From NCBI RefSeq assembly GCF_963677315.2, contig NZ_CAXXMJ010000002.1:516006-580005 (forward strand): a stretch of DNA of 64,000 bases, read 5' to 3'. The DNA is from an uncultured Sphaerochaeta sp. Lineage in GTDB: Bacteria; Spirochaetota; Spirochaetia; Sphaerochaetales; Sphaerochaetaceae. Positions 34,964 through 43,749 of this stretch are shown here, one piece after another. How positions within the stretch are numbered: the first letter of the stretch is position 1; each line of letters opens with the position of its first letter. The notes beneath the pieces were generated by a model. It searched no databases, was not told the DNA's origin, and worked only from the letters and a program-made list of their open reading frames with translations. The position numbers were made by a program, and so were the translations under genes.

Positions 34964-37900
34964 TCAACTCTCACGAATTTCGAGCCAAGGCTCTGTCAGG
35001 ATTCCTGCACTACGCACTTGGTAGACATAGCTATATTTCTCTTCAGCACTACGCCAAGCCTTCGGACCAAAATACGCTTCATAGGCATTACAATTGTGGA
35101 GTTGCCCAAATGTGTTAAATCGGTTTCCAAAACAGGTAATCTCAATGGTATGTGATTGGTTATCTACAAGACCAAGATCAATAGTGTATGGTTCCCCAAT
35201 GATCTGACCCTTGTCATTACCATCCAATGAAACAGTAAGCAGAGATCCCTTGTATTGAGGTACTTTCAACAACCACCGACCTGCTTCCGCTTGTGTCCTG
35301 ATTACATAGGTAATTGAATCCCCGTAGAAAGGGAATCCTTGTCGGGTGATATCCCCAAATGAAATAGTGTGAGGTTTTTCACAGAGCATTGCCTTACTTC
35401 CCAGGAGACGTACGCCGAAGTCTCCAAGAAGGTAACACCATTCAAGATTAGTCTTTTTTCCATAAGGGATGTTCATTTCCAGCGTGTTGTTTCCTCTTTT
35501 CACTGTTCCGATTTTCCGGACAGGAAGACAGGGATCAACAAAATAGTTGCCACTCAGGGATTCTGTTATAGCATTACCATTGAAAACTATCTCTGCATCG
35601 GGTGTTTCACATGCTAGGGAAACCATCACACCATCAATTTCAGACTCAAAATCAAATCGCAATTGGACTTTGTGGGGCAAGGTTTCTTCATCCGGAACCA
35701 GCCATGGCTGAGGGAACGCCTCAGAACGTATCGGATACCCACATTCAGAACGAATTGCATCATCCAAGATCAACATCTCTTCAACATCATTCCAACTACC
35801 CCCATCAAGTGAGTATGCAGCTTGATCGAGCAAAAGATGATTTTGTTCATGCAATTGATAGGATGAAATCTCACGGATCCGATGTTTTTGCAATAGCCGA
35901 GGAGTATTGCTATCCACAGTGACTGTAATATTATTTAATTCCTTCTCAGTAGAAAGTTCGAACAACAAACTGTCATGCACATGCAAAGGATAAGAAAAAT
36001 GTGTCCATCCTTGCTTATGATCAACTTCCAATTCTATACGGTTACCTGTAAAGGTATCCAGCAATGTTACAGAGTGAAGACCTCTAACTTTTATCATACG
36101 TGTAAAATCTTCATCACTACGGAAGTTTTGCTGTTGCATCCGATTGCTTTCTCTTCCGTGGGCAATAAACAACAGAGTGCGTTTACCGTCATTTCTCATC
36201 TGATAGATAAGATCATTGCATAACGTATGATGACCATCATAGATTGCAACATCGCGCTCCGTATCCAGTGCATTAAGCAGTGCCCATTGGTCAAAACCAA
36301 TATGTAAGGCATCTCGTGTCGCTTCAAGCGCTACGTCACTTTTCTGCCCATCGACATAGGAAGGTGCCCCTCCCAGGAATATCACCTTTCCTCCAGATGC
36401 AATGAATTCTTTCAGAATAGCTAGGGTGGTACTCCGGATAGTGATAAATTGGGGGACCACCAGAACTTCATAATTCATTTCCCCGATATGACAGCTTTTC
36501 TCGTCACATCCATTAAACAATTTTGGCAACAGAGACTCAGCGACGAAATCATAATCCAATTGAGCAAACAATAACCAAGAGGTTATTGAAGTAAACTGCT
36601 CCTCTAGTTGTTTTCGTATTCCAATAGTCGCATCATCAGGGCCGAGGGTAAGCCAATAGCTTTCGATAGGATGGAGCACCCCGATCCGTACCCTAGGCTT
36701 TCCTGTAGTAAGCGCAACGTTGACTCGTGAAAAATGATCCTCAATTGTACGATATTCTTTGTACCAAGTAGAATGTTGGTCTATAGGAGCTGGATAGTCT
36801 CGCTTTGACTCTCCAGCCATAGTTGCCCAACAAAGATGATGCACACGTACAGTAACCCCCAAGGCAGCCTGCCAATCGCCTTGCAACTTATGTCCGCGGA
36901 AATCAAAATCCCAGTTTGTTACTCCATACAACTCGCTTAGTACTCCAGGGTAGCCAAACTGGTGACATGCACTTTGTGCCTGTTTTGCAGTTGCATACTC
37001 CCTTCGGTCTGCAAGCATATCTATACCTGGGAGCTTAAAGCTTCTATAGGATCGCATTGCCTCCCCGCAAAGGCGACTTTGCAGATCCAAGGTAGACTCT
37101 CCCATAAGATGTCCAGTACTAAGAATACCGTGGGATGTACACCAATCATCCAAAACATCACAATAAGCAGATGTAAATCGTTCCGTCAATATTTCAAAAT
37201 AGCGATATCGTGTTACCGGATATGCACCTGTTGTAGATTCCCAGAAAAGTTCTGGGAGCTTATCAAAGAGGCTTTCTCCGAAAACTTGTTGATATGATTC
37301 GTCAAATGTATCGGTAAATGGAATACCTACCTCATCATTCGATTCTGAGCATGAGAAATTCTGCAACTTAAAATACTGAGGTTCATCAGTAAACATCGCA
37401 GGAACTGATTTGCCCAACTCCTCTTTCAGGGTAGCGGCATACACGTCATGTGTAACACGGGTAAATTCTTTTGCTGCCTCAGGATTGAGCGTATCAACAT
37501 ACGATTGGTTGTTGAACCAGGAACTGGCTCCAGAGATAACTCTGTAAGCATGCCATATCTGGGTTCCTTCCTGAGCACTTGCACCTTTTTCTACTTTTTT
37601 ATAGCTACTCAATCTACCCTGCTCCAGAGTCACCTCATAGGAACAAAGATATGAACAATCACCATTCATATTCACGCGAGAGGCTTGGGGCAAATGTCTA
37701 TCGACATACCCATCCTCATGAAGAATCGGGCTAAAAAGGAGATACCTGATCCTGAACTCCTCATGCTGGGTGACAAGTCCTCCTGCAAATCCTGAAGGCC
37801 ACTTATCCTCATCATACAACCATGTGAGCATACCCAACTTCTTGCCAACTGTATTGCAATGCTCAACCAATTGCATGAATCTTGGCCCTAGATATGGAGT

Positions 37901-38089
37901 ATTCAAGCCTATTCGAGAATGAATATGGAACCCCCCAAAACCCATCTCGTGAAAAATCTCTATTTGCTTTTCAAGCGTCGCCTCATCCAAATCAGAGTTC
38001 CATGACCAGAATGGGGTTCCCCGGTATTCACTGGTAGGTTGTGAAAACTTATCGTTAAATGATGTATTGTGATTATAGAGAGATTTCAT
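34964..38089 (-). CDS. Large cytoplasmic glycoside hydrolase, family uncertain (possibly GH106-like alpha-L-rhamnosidase)
   Basis: 1041 aa with no signal peptide. The N-terminal YRGTPFWSWN...GFGGFHIHSRIGL pattern is one I associate, from memory only, with TIM-barrel glycosidases of the rhamnosidase type. It is co-transcribed with a CUT1 sugar transporter. Confidence 0.5.
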   Translation of the reverse strand: MKSLYNHNTSFNDKFSQPTSEYRGTPFWSWNSDLDEATLEKQIEIFHEMGFGGFHIHSRIGLNTPYLGPRFMQLVEHCNTVGKKLGMLTWLYDEDKWPSGFAGGLVTQHEEFRIRYLLFSPILHEDGYVDRHLPQASRVNMNGDCSYLCSYEVTLEQGRLSSYKKVEKGASAQEGTQIWHAYRVISGASSWFNNQSYVDTLNPEAAKEFTRVTHDVYAATLKEELGKSVPAMFTDEPQYFKLQNFSCSESNDEVGIPFTDTFDESYQQVFGESLFDKLPELFWESTTGAYPVTRYRYFEILTERFTSAYCDVLDDWCTSHGILSTGHLMGESTLDLQSRLCGEAMRSYRSFKLPGIDMLADRREYATAKQAQSACHQFGYPGVLSELYGVTNWDFDFRGHKLQGDWQAALGVTVRVHHLCWATMAGESKRDYPAPIDQHSTWYKEYRTIEDHFSRVNVALTTGKPRVRIGVLHPIESYWLTLGPDDATIGIRKQLEEQFTSITSWLLFAQLDYDFVAESLLPKLFNGCDEKSCHIGEMNYEVLVVPQFITIRSTTLAILKEFIASGGKVIFLGGAPSYVDGQKSDVALEATRDALHIGFDQWALLNALDTERDVAIYDGHHTLCNDLIYQMRNDGKRTLLFIAHGRESNRMQQQNFRSDEDFTRMIKVRGLHSVTLLDTFTGNRIELEVDHKQGWTHFSYPLHVHDSLLFELSTEKELNNITVTVDSNTPRLLQKHRIREISSYQLHEQNHLLLDQAAYSLDGGSWNDVEEMLILDDAIRSECGYPIRSEAFPQPWLVPDEETLPHKVQLRFDFESEIDGVMVSLACETPDAEIVFNGNAITESLSGNYFVDPCLPVRKIGTVKRGNNTLEMNIPYGKKTNLEWCYLLGDFGVRLLGSKAMLCEKPHTISFGDITRQGFPFYGDSITYVIRTQAEAGRWLLKVPQYKGSLLTVSLDGNDKGQIIGEPYTIDLGLVDNQSHTIEITCFGNRFNTFGQLHNCNAYEAYFGPKAWRSAEEKYSYVYQVRSAGILTEPWLEIRES

Positions 38090-38092
38090 GAA

Positions 38093-38929
38093 TTATCCTT
38101 TAACCGCACCGGCAGTTACACCTTCGAGGATTCTCTTGTTCAAAATGAGATAGAGAATGAACGGAGGGAGAGAGATGAGAACAATTGCTGCAAACAAATA
38201 ATTCCACTGCGTAAGAAATGCTGATTGGAATGTATAGACGAACAATTGAATCGTGCTGTTTCTTGCACCCGACATGTAATACAATGGATTTGCAAAATCG
38301 TTATACACGACAACCGACCGAAGAATGACAATTGTCGCTGTAATCGGTTTTAGTATTGGAAATATGATTTGAAAATAGAGCCGGGATGCAGAACATCCAT
38401 CAATAATGGCAGCAGCATCAATATCCCTTGGGATGGTTGCCATATAACCTTTATAAATCATAACCGAAAATGGGAACATTGTTGCCACTTCCACCAAGGT
38501 AAGACCGGCAAGTGTGCCGACCACACCCAACTGGGACAAAATCCAATAGGTTGAGATTACCGATGGGGGTACTATGAGACCAGCCAGAATCAACTTATTT
38601 GAAATCTTTGAAAATTTTCCTTGTCTTCGCTGCATGATATACCCTGTCATGCTGGCAACCAAGACAAGAATTACTATCGATATGATAGTAAGACGAATAC
38701 TGTTCCACATCGATCGAAAGAACAATCCATCACCATAGCTAAGGATATATGAATAATTTTCAATTATTTGCCACTTCTTAGGAAATGCCAGTGACAATCT
38801 CGCTGCTTCTGCTCTCGTCTTGAATGAATTAATGATGATGAAATAAAACACAACCCAATGTGTGAGGAATGTCAAAATCAGTGCTGATACTTCTCCAATT
38901 ATGGTCGCGGCGCTTCTTTTTATTTTCAT
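38093..38929 (-). CDS. CUT1 carbohydrate ABC transporter permease (MalG-like)
   Basis: 6-TM BPD-transporter fold with an EAA-like loop (DIDAAAIIDGCSASRLYFQIIFPILKP). The start overlaps the upstream stop. Confidence 0.85.
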   Translation of the reverse strand: MKIKRSAATIIGEVSALILTFLTHWVVFYFIIINSFKTRAEAARLSLAFPKKWQIIENYSYILSYGDGLFFRSMWNSIRLTIISIVILVLVASMTGYIMQRRQGKFSKISNKLILAGLIVPPSVISTYWILSQLGVVGTLAGLTLVEVATMFPFSVMIYKGYMATIPRDIDAAAIIDGCSASRLYFQIIFPILKPITATIVILRSVVVYNDFANPLYYMSGARNSTIQLFVYTFQSAFLTQWNYLFAAIVLISLPPFILYLILNKRILEGVTAGAVKG

Positions 38930-39792
38930 TAGAGTTCAACCTCCCTTTTTGCTACGAAGTGATTGAGAGGGAAAATGATGAAAGAGATTGAAATAAACAG
39001 GATTACGCTTCCTGCTGTAGCCAACCCATACATTCCTTGCCCGAATAGTCTATATACTACCAAGCCCAGAACTTCAGTTGAAAATCCTGGACCTCCCTCA
39101 GTCATGGTGAGGATCAATTCATAACTCTTCAAACCGCCGATCAATGACAGGGTTAGTACTGTGTTGATCGAAGAAATAATCATCGGCAATGTGATAAATC
39201 TAAAGGTCTGCACCCTGCTCGCTCCGTCAATCTTTGCCGCTTCATAATAGTCAGGGGAGATAGCTCGTAACCCTGCGATATAGATAACAGTGGTAACACC
39301 AATCCCTTTCCAGAAATCAACCAAGATAACTGAGAACAACGCTATATCTGGATTAATCAACCAACGTACCTTACTGATTCCAAAGAATGCCAACCCTTGG
39401 TTGATAATACCCGAGGGGTGCATCAAGCTGGAAAAGGCAATACCTACTACGACAAAGCCGAGAAGTGTTGGAAAATATATGATACTTTTCAAATAGCCCG
39501 AAGTCTTCAACTTCCCGCAGAGGCCAGCCGCTATAAATAGACCAAAGATTACTTTCGATAGACTTGTAGAAAACGCGTAGATAAACGTATTTCCCAAAGC
39601 TGTACGCAAATTAGTTTGAGAGAAAAAAGTCTTGAAGTTTTCCAAACCGATGAACGTTGTGCTGATTAAGTTCCACCGTGTCAAAGAAAAATAAAATGAC
39701 AAGAAGGTTGGCAAGCCAAAGATAATTAGATAGATAAGCAAACCAGGCATTACCATCCAATATTTGTATACATGTTTTTCATAACTATTCAT
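38929..39792 (-). CDS. CUT1 carbohydrate ABC transporter permease (MalF-like)
   Basis: 6-TM BPD-transporter fold with an EAA loop (YYEAAKIDGASRVQTFRFITLPM). Confidence 0.85.
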   Translation of the reverse strand: MNSYEKHVYKYWMVMPGLLIYLIIFGLPTFLSFYFSLTRWNLISTTFIGLENFKTFFSQTNLRTALGNTFIYAFSTSLSKVIFGLFIAAGLCGKLKTSGYLKSIIYFPTLLGFVVVGIAFSSLMHPSGIINQGLAFFGISKVRWLINPDIALFSVILVDFWKGIGVTTVIYIAGLRAISPDYYEAAKIDGASRVQTFRFITLPMIISSINTVLTLSLIGGLKSYELILTMTEGGPGFSTEVLGLVVYRLFGQGMYGLATAGSVILFISISFIIFPLNHFVAKREVEL

Positions 39793-39821
39793 GATAATTT
39801 ACCGGCCTAATGATAGATTAA

Positions 39822-39858
39822 TAAAGAAAAACCCAAGGCGAAACACACGTTTCGCCTT
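39822..39858 (-). terminator. Intrinsic terminator/attenuator after the CUT1 SBP gene
   Basis: The minus strand reads AAGGCGAAAC gtgt GTTTCGCCTT: a perfect 10-bp stem followed by GGGTTTTTCTTTATT. Confidence 0.65.
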
Positions 39859-39878
39859 AGGTTTAGAAATGCTGTTGC

Positions 39879-41189
39879 TTACCAGTTAGAAAGACCAAGC
39901 TGCTTAGCGGAGATTGCGTTGTCTTTGTCAATCTCTCGGGCTGCTACCTCAGGGGTAATCATTCCAGCTGCAACCTGACTGGTGTAAGTTGCCTGGTTGA
40001 TACCCTTGATGGGACTATAGTATTCCATGACTGGAATGGAAGCTTTCTCTACCCATGCCTGTGCTTCAGCCAATGAAGGATAAATATCTTCTGGGAACTC
40101 CACACCATTGAGCATGAAGGCACCGGTGGGCTTCTGAACAGAAAGATATGCCTGTACAGCTTCATTTGTGGTCATGAATTCAAGGAACAACAATGCCAAT
40201 TCAGGATTTGTTGCATTCTTGTTTGCCAAGTATGCCATTGGCATCCAAGTGGCGACACCACGTACATTGGGGTCTTTATCCGGAAGTGGGAAGAATCCCA
40301 TATCCTGAATCGCATCGGGAACCAATATCTCCATGGTTGAGAGAATATTTGTTCTGATGATTGACATGGCTGCTGTGCCGTCCCCAAGCATCATTGCAAC
40401 ATCCTCAACTGATGTAGCCAATGCATCCTCATTCAGATAGTCATTCACTGCAAGGTCATACATTTTCTGAAGACCTCCAACAAATGTCTTGGAGTCTGAA
40501 AGCCTGATTTCATTCCGTGTGTACTTTGCTGCAAATTCAGGATCTTCCTGGGCAACATAGTAGTAGTTCATCAAGAACGGAACTTGGGTGAGGCTTGTCT
40601 TTGAGTTTGGAGCCGCAACCGGAGCAATTCCTGCTTTCTTGATTACTGCACAAGTGTCCAAGAACTCATTCCATGTCAATGGAACATCAAGCCCCAAATC
40701 TTCAAAGATTCTCTTATTGTAGAAAACACCTGCAACGTTGGATGGAGCCAAGGGCACGCCATACACAGCACCATCAATGGTAGCAGCTTCTTTAAAGTTA
40801 GCATCAAGATTGCCAATCCATGGCTGATCCTTGATGTCAATTACATTTTCAGCAGGATAACTCTCATAGAGTTTTGCACCTACAGAACTTGCAAAGATAT
40901 CTGGCAAGGACTTTGTAGCAACACGTGTTCTCCTGAGGTTTTCTCCTGCATCACCACTGGGAACGACCTCTACTTCAATTTTTACGCCGTACTTTTCTTC
41001 AAAAGCCTTGTGCTGGGCTCTTGCTGCCTCAAATTCACCTTCTTTGTTAGTCATCATCATGGTAAGAGTCTGACCCGCAAATTTGCTCTTGCCTTCAGTA
41101 GGGACAGCAACCTCCTGCTTCCCTGCTGCAAAAATGTTCAAAGGCAATACAACAAGTACCAATAATAACAGAACAATACCTTTTCTCAT
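39879..41189 (-). CDS. CUT1 (family 1) extracellular solute-binding protein for an oligosaccharide ABC transporter
   Basis: Signal peptide MRKGIVLLLLVLVVLPLNIFAAG, 436 aa, MalE-like fold. AAGGAGAAAGGA SD. Confidence 0.8.
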   Translation of the reverse strand: MRKGIVLLLLVLVVLPLNIFAAGKQEVAVPTEGKSKFAGQTLTMMMTNKEGEFEAARAQHKAFEEKYGVKIEVEVVPSGDAGENLRRTRVATKSLPDIFASSVGAKLYESYPAENVIDIKDQPWIGNLDANFKEAATIDGAVYGVPLAPSNVAGVFYNKRIFEDLGLDVPLTWNEFLDTCAVIKKAGIAPVAAPNSKTSLTQVPFLMNYYYVAQEDPEFAAKYTRNEIRLSDSKTFVGGLQKMYDLAVNDYLNEDALATSVEDVAMMLGDGTAAMSIIRTNILSTMEILVPDAIQDMGFFPLPDKDPNVRGVATWMPMAYLANKNATNPELALLFLEFMTTNEAVQAYLSVQKPTGAFMLNGVEFPEDIYPSLAEAQAWVEKASIPVMEYYSPIKGINQATYTSQVAAGMITPEVAAREIDKDNAISAKQLGLSNW

Positions 41190-41482
41190 TCCTTTCTCCT
41201 TTTGTTCCGGAAATCCGGATATATTTCAATTCCTGTATTTCAGGAATTTTACACTTCTAACAATATGTAGCAAATCACCTCCTCAAAATATATCTTTATA
41301 TCAAATTGAAATCAAATCTAATTCCTCATAGTGTCATATGTAAATTATGTAATTATGTTCACAATTTTGTTGCTAGGTATTACATTTAGAAAATACATTT
41401 CAAATATCTATAAATATTTTATATTTTCTGGATATAACATCAATTCTTTTCTAATGAAAGTCTGACACATTTACAAATAAGC

Positions 41483-41522
41483 GCAATAACGTAATTGTCA
41501 ATTTTTAGCACTATTTTGCCAT
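41483..41522. promoter_or_regulatory. Rhamnose-regulon motif, copy C (GCAATAAC-N2-AATTGTCA-N6-TAGCACTATTTTGCCAT)
   Basis: It lies ~300 nt upstream of the CUT1 SBP start, in the same orientation as copies A and B. The minus-strand reading contains a perfect TTGACA. Confidence 0.55.
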
Positions 41523-41722
41523 ATTCATAATTATTTGCAAAACAAAAGCCAAAAAAAAGGATTCTGTAAGTATCTCGTAATGCATCGAAAACCTAAAATC
41601 AGGGGACTCTTCTCAGCCTAATGACTTTTCGCATAGAAAACAGAAATGCCTATAAGTCACGCAGCCGGATATAGGATTTTTCATTGTAATAGATTGATAG
41701 AGAACAGAAATGAAGAGTCAGA

Positions 41723-42664
41723 CTAGCTCCTCTTCTTTCCAAACAGCACTCCCCCCAGCAACCCTACGAATGTCTGCTGGAAGAGTATTCCCAAAATGAC
41801 AGGAAGGGCTGCAAGAGGAGAAAAATAGGTAGTAGCAAGCACCAAAGCTGCACTGATATTCCTCATTCCTCCGGTGAACGTCATACTGACAAGGCTGGGA
41901 CGATCCACCTTCAGGACATATCTGGCGAGTACATAGACAAGGAGGAACCCCAAGGCAATGACAAAGAGGTTCATCAGGATAAGTGGAACATAGATCCAGG
42001 AAAATGAGAGAGAACCAGAGAGAGCTCCAACATGGATTATTACCACAAAAATAAGCAGAAGCTTGGTAAAAGGACTGAGATAGAGCACGGCTTCCTTTGC
42101 AACCTTGGGCATGGTTTGGGTAACCAACATCCCCACAAGGGATGGAAGGACGATCATCACCAACAAGCTGGTCATGATCCCTCCTTGGTCGATTGCCACT
42201 GTCGTATTGGAAAGCAGCCTGATCGTCAGGGGTGTCAGGATGGGAGAAAGCAAGGTATCAAGAATGATGAGTGAAAGGGCAAGGGCGGCGTCTCCCTCAT
42301 AAATGGTTGACCAGATAAAGGCGGTCACTGCAATCGGAATCGAAGAGAGCAACACAAAACCGGTGACAATATCAGGGTGTGTGGGAAATATCACTCGTCC
42401 AATGAGTGCGACAAAAACCGGCAGCACTATATGCGCACTGAAGAGCACAAGCAGCACAGAGGTCATTCGACGTGCGATCTGGGCAAACTGACGATAGCTT
42501 ACCCCCAAGGCTCCTACAAAGGTAATGAATGCGAAAAAATAGGTTCCAAGAAAACGGAAGGAATCCAAACGATGACCAAGCAGCAAGCCGAGCACCACAC
42601 CAATTGGTGTAACGAACGGCATCACCGCATTAAAACGCTTGTTTATATCCTGCAGTGATGCCAT
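41723..42664 (-). CDS. Bile acid:Na+ symporter (BASS/SBF) family transporter
   Basis: 313 aa, about 9-10 predicted TM segments. The sequence style is typical of SBF-like carriers. It starts 5 nt after the aldolase stop. Confidence 0.65.
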   Translation of the reverse strand: MASLQDINKRFNAVMPFVTPIGVVLGLLLGHRLDSFRFLGTYFFAFITFVGALGVSYRQFAQIARRMTSVLLVLFSAHIVLPVFVALIGRVIFPTHPDIVTGFVLLSSIPIAVTAFIWSTIYEGDAALALSLIILDTLLSPILTPLTIRLLSNTTVAIDQGGIMTSLLVMIVLPSLVGMLVTQTMPKVAKEAVLYLSPFTKLLLIFVVIIHVGALSGSLSFSWIYVPLILMNLFVIALGFLLVYVLARYVLKVDRPSLVSMTFTGGMRNISAALVLATTYFSPLAALPVILGILFQQTFVGLLGGVLFGKKRS

Positions 42665-42669
42665 CTTAC

Positions 42670-43749
42670 CTACTTTGATGCAACTGAAGACCGATATTTC
42701 TCCACTTCCCAGTTTCTGATGAAATCAATCATTGCATCATCCATGAAACGGGGCCCTCCAAAACTCTCGGTATATACTGCAATTGATACAGTATCCAAAA
42801 AGAGTGGCATCGGCTTCTCTCCCAGGGAGAATACCCCTAGGTTCTGTATGCAGACAATCTTTGGACTCACGCCGTGTTCGGCCTCATACTGTTTAAAAGC
42901 AGAAACTACATCCTGCCCCTCTTCAACCCAGAGTGGCTTGAAACCGGCATAGACAATATGGTCAGGGGTAAAGGAGGAAGCAACTGCCTGGAAATGGTTC
43001 TCATTCTGCAGGTAGTGCGCAAACTCCTTATTCCACGAGAAAAGAACTGGTTCTTTAGTAAGACCCCCAAGCTCTTTTTTGACTGATTCAACGCGGGAAG
43101 AGTCTGCCTCCAGAGAAGAAAAATCAGGCTTTCTTACCAACTGGGAGGAAATTTTTCCCATCAAGGAGTTGTAGAGGCTTTCTATCTCCTCCAAACTCTG
43201 CCCACCGGCAAAAATACCATGGTTCTGCAGGAAAATCAGAGAGCTGACGGTCCCAGTTTCCTTTTTTTGATCGGCCATCCTGGAGCGAACAATATCTGCA
43301 AGGATGAATCCAGGCTTCACCAATTCAATCCAGAGTGCTTCAGGGAAAAGCCTGGCAACAGCCTTCTCTCCTTCTTGCGCACAGGTAAGACCATTCACCA
43401 TGGCAGGGTGAAGGTGGATGACATAAGGAAAGGGGAGCAATGCATGGAGCAAGGCCTCAACAGAAGGCCGTGCTGTCTCTCCTTCGAGGCGACAATCCAT
43501 CATATCCTTGAGGACTTCATCCTCTCTCTGCTCGTCATCATTGCTGTACTGTTTTCCCCAGATACTCTCAAGCTTCCTCAGATCCATCTTGACAAAACCC
43601 GATTCATCAATGGTTCCCAAGGCATGGCCACTAGCCTTTACATAGAGGATGTTCCCCTCTTTATAGGAGGTGTTTCCACCTCCCAATAATACGTAAGAAG
43701 GGTCCGAACCATACCGCTTGGAGTGGGCAATCAGGGATGCAAAACTCAT
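42670..43749 (-). CDS. Class II aldolase/adducin-domain protein, RhaE-like rhamnulose-1-phosphate aldolase (aldolase half of RhaEW)
   Basis: LLGGGNTSYK, VKASGHALG and VIHLHP motifs as in the N-terminal domain of YuxG/RhaEW-type proteins (from memory). 4-nt overlap with the rhaA stop. Confidence 0.7.
   Translation of the reverse strand: MSFASLIAHSKRYGSDPSYVLLGGGNTSYKEGNILYVKASGHALGTIDESGFVKMDLRKLESIWGKQYSNDDEQREDEVLKDMMDCRLEGETARPSVEALLHALLPFPYVIHLHPAMVNGLTCAQEGEKAVARLFPEALWIELVKPGFILADIVRSRMADQKKETGTVSSLIFLQNHGIFAGGQSLEEIESLYNSLMGKISSQLVRKPDFSSLEADSSRVESVKKELGGLTKEPVLFSWNKEFAHYLQNENHFQAVASSFTPDHIVYAGFKPLWVEEGQDVVSAFKQYEAEHGVSPKIVCIQNLGVFSLGEKPMPLFLDTVSIAVYTESFGGPRFMDDAMIDFIRNWEVEKYRSSVASK

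Noticed and set aside
32903-41522. Reading motif copies A and C as attL/attR direct repeats of an integrated mobile element
   Set aside because: No integrase, recombinase, transposase or tRNA gene lies in or next to the block. A third copy (B) sits in a normal divergent promoter. All copies have the same position and orientation relative to downstream operons. A regulatory site fits better.
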